Notes under the pieces: model-generated
Databases searched by the model: none
The model's input: the letters and a program-made list of their open reading frames with translations, nothing else
What the model was told of the DNA's origin: nothing
Translations under genes and position numbers: made by a program
Shown: in pieces, positions 62,618-64,000 of the stretch
Layout: each line of letters starts with the position of its first letter
Numbering within the stretch: the first letter of the stretch is position 1
Source of the DNA: Vicinamibacterales bacterium
GTDB lineage: Bacteria > Acidobacteriota > Vicinamibacteria > Vicinamibacterales > UBA8438
Reading direction: 5' to 3'
DNA length: 64,000 bases
Assembly: GCA_965242835.1 (NCBI GenBank)
Contig: OZ251506.1
Span: forward strand, 3,907,860-3,971,859

Positions 62618-63974
62618 CGCTCTCCCGGCGGCGGTCGCTGGTGAGGACCTCCGACGTGTCGTTCGCCACCAGCTCGTACAGGACCGCCTTCTTGTCGCCC
62701 TGCTTGCGGAGGATGCGGCCGAGCCGCTGCACGTACTCGCGCACGGAACCGCTACCCGATATCACGACGCCCACGTTGGCCGCGGGCAGGTCCACCCCTT
62801 CGTTGAGGACCTTCGACGTGACCAGCGCGTTGTAGCGGCCGGCCGCGAAGTCCTCCAGGATCCCGACCCGCTCGGACACCTTCGTCTGGTGGGTGATGAT
62901 CGGGGCGAGGAAGCGGCGCGAGAGCGCGTAGGCGGCCGCGTTGCGTTCGGTGAACAGCAGCGCGCGGTCGCGCCGGTGCCGGTGGAGCAGCGCCTCCACG
63001 TAGGCCAGCTTCGACGGCGCGGCGAAGGCCAGCATCTTCTGGCGCTGGTACGCGGCCATCGCCCGCCGGCCCTCGGCGCTCTGCGACGAGCGGATGATGA
63101 ACCGCGTCCAGCCGTCCGGGGCGGACATGCGGATGCCCTGGCCGACCACGAAGTCGCGGTAGACGCCGCGCGCCTCGTCGTACTCCCGGCGCTCGTCCGC
63201 GGTCAGCTCCACGAGGATCCGCTCCACGGTGTAGTCGGCCAGGTACTCGCCCGCGAGGTCGCGCACCTGCCGGCGGTAGACGATCGGCCCCACCAGCGAC
63301 TCCAGGTCCGCGTGGCGCCCGTCGGCGCGCTCCGGCGTCGCCGTCAGTCCGAGGCGGTAGGGGGCCAGGCTGTGCTGGGCGGCCAGCGCGTAGGCGTCGC
63401 CCGGCAGGTGATGGCACTCGTCGAACACCACCAGGCCGAAGCGGGCGCCGAGATGCTCCATGCGCAGGAAGGCGGAGTCGTAGGTCGAGACGGTGACCGG
63501 CTCGATCCGGTAGTCGCCCCCGCCGACGACGCCGACCTCGCGGCGCAGCCGGGCGCCGAGCAGCCGATGCCACTGCGTCACCAGGTCGAGGGTCGGCGCC
63601 ACGACCAGCGTGTCCCGCCGCACCCGGTCGAGGGCCAGCAGCGCGACCTCGGTCTTCCCCGCGCCGGTCGGCAGCACGACCACGCCGCGGCCCTGCGCGG
63701 CGCGCCACGCCTCCAGCGCCTCCGTCTGGAAGGGGCGCGGCTCGCGGCGCACCTGCAGGCCCTCGTCGAGCGCGCCGTACCGCCGCGCTTCGTCCTCGTA
63801 CGGGATCCGGCGCCGCACCAGTTCCCGGACCACCCGCGCGTAGGCGGCGGCCGGCGCGCGGAAGCGCCGCGTGCGCGGGTCCCAGCGGCAGGCGTCCGGC
63901 AACCGGGCGCCGTCCGACTCGGCGAACCCGGCGACGTCCAGGGTGCCGGCGACGAAGTGCAGGGAAACGGTCAA
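62604..63974 (-). CDS. XPB/Ssl2 (ERCC3)-like superfamily 2 DNA helicase
   Basis: PRPFQTEALEAW, VVLPTGAGKT (motif I), VVFDECHH (DExH), GLTATPER (motif III), LVTSKVLNEGVDLP, QRLGRILR (motif VI). Confidence 0.85.
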
Positions 63975-64000
63975 CGTTCTCGCCGCGAAGCGCCGCGGCG

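Overview
This is a very GC-rich bacterial chromosomal segment. By eye it is about 70% G+C with strong third-position GC bias. I recognise about 55 protein-coding genes or pseudogenes and no rRNA or tRNA. The lineage cannot be resolved; the DUF1552/DUF1592, ankyrin and PQQ-propeller content fits a soil or sediment Acidobacteriota-, Gemmatimonadota- or Myxococcota-like genome.

The GC content fills the six-frame track with long Arg/Ala/Pro-rich artefact ORFs. I kept only frames whose translation looks like real protein and re-picked internal starts. All family calls are motif recognition from memory, with no searches run.

Gene content, left to right:
- 1-1.5 kb: a GmrSD-like DUF262/DUF1524 gene that runs off the left edge and is not in the track.
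- 1.8-8.2 kb: a DUF1640-like coiled-coil protein, an ankyrin protein, and a DUF1552/DUF1592 pair.
- 8.6-11.5 kb: four tandem Uma2-family (DUF820) endonuclease paralogues.
- 11.8-15.9 kb: a 1370-aa fusion of NERD, pseudokinase, Ser/Thr kinase, a reader-like domain and an RlmJ-like methyltransferase.
- 16-25 kb: four paralogues of a secreted YEYACHEGN-motif family, a gluconolactonase-like gene, a PQQ propeller gene, and a DUF4258/MqsA-type toxin-antitoxin pair.
- 25.4-33.5 kb: three P-loop plus PD-(D/E)XK-type ATPases, a second PQQ propeller and an ABC exporter.
- 33.5-39.4 kb: a glycosyltransferase / PIG-L / methyltransferase cluster heavily colonised by 60-72 bp repeats, with the PIG-L gene broken by a 143-bp insertion.
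- 39.4-44.6 kb: a DUF4351 fragment, a sulfatase-like gene, DoxX, and FkbM and SAM methyltransferases.
- 44.7-47.9 kb: creatininase-like, GTP cyclohydrolase II and RibD-C-like genes.
- 47.9-56.7 kb: a lower-GC variable patch holding decayed Sel1 and protease genes, a NYN-like gene translationally coupled to a NACHT/STAND NTPase, pentapeptide and small membrane genes, and a metzincin gene split by a 1789-bp IS.
- 56.7-60.9 kb: a PTPS-like / dehydrogenase / GT / MT / CDP-alcohol transferase cluster.
- 61.4-64 kb: an XPB-like helicase with a DUF790 (Bax1-like) partner.

Two cas-less CRISPR-like repeat loci are present, at 42.19-42.68 kb (exact 60-bp period) and 35.97-36.51 kb (degenerate).

The best candidates for an undescribed system are the kinase-methyltransferase giant with its Uma2 nuclease array, and the NYN+NACHT pair.
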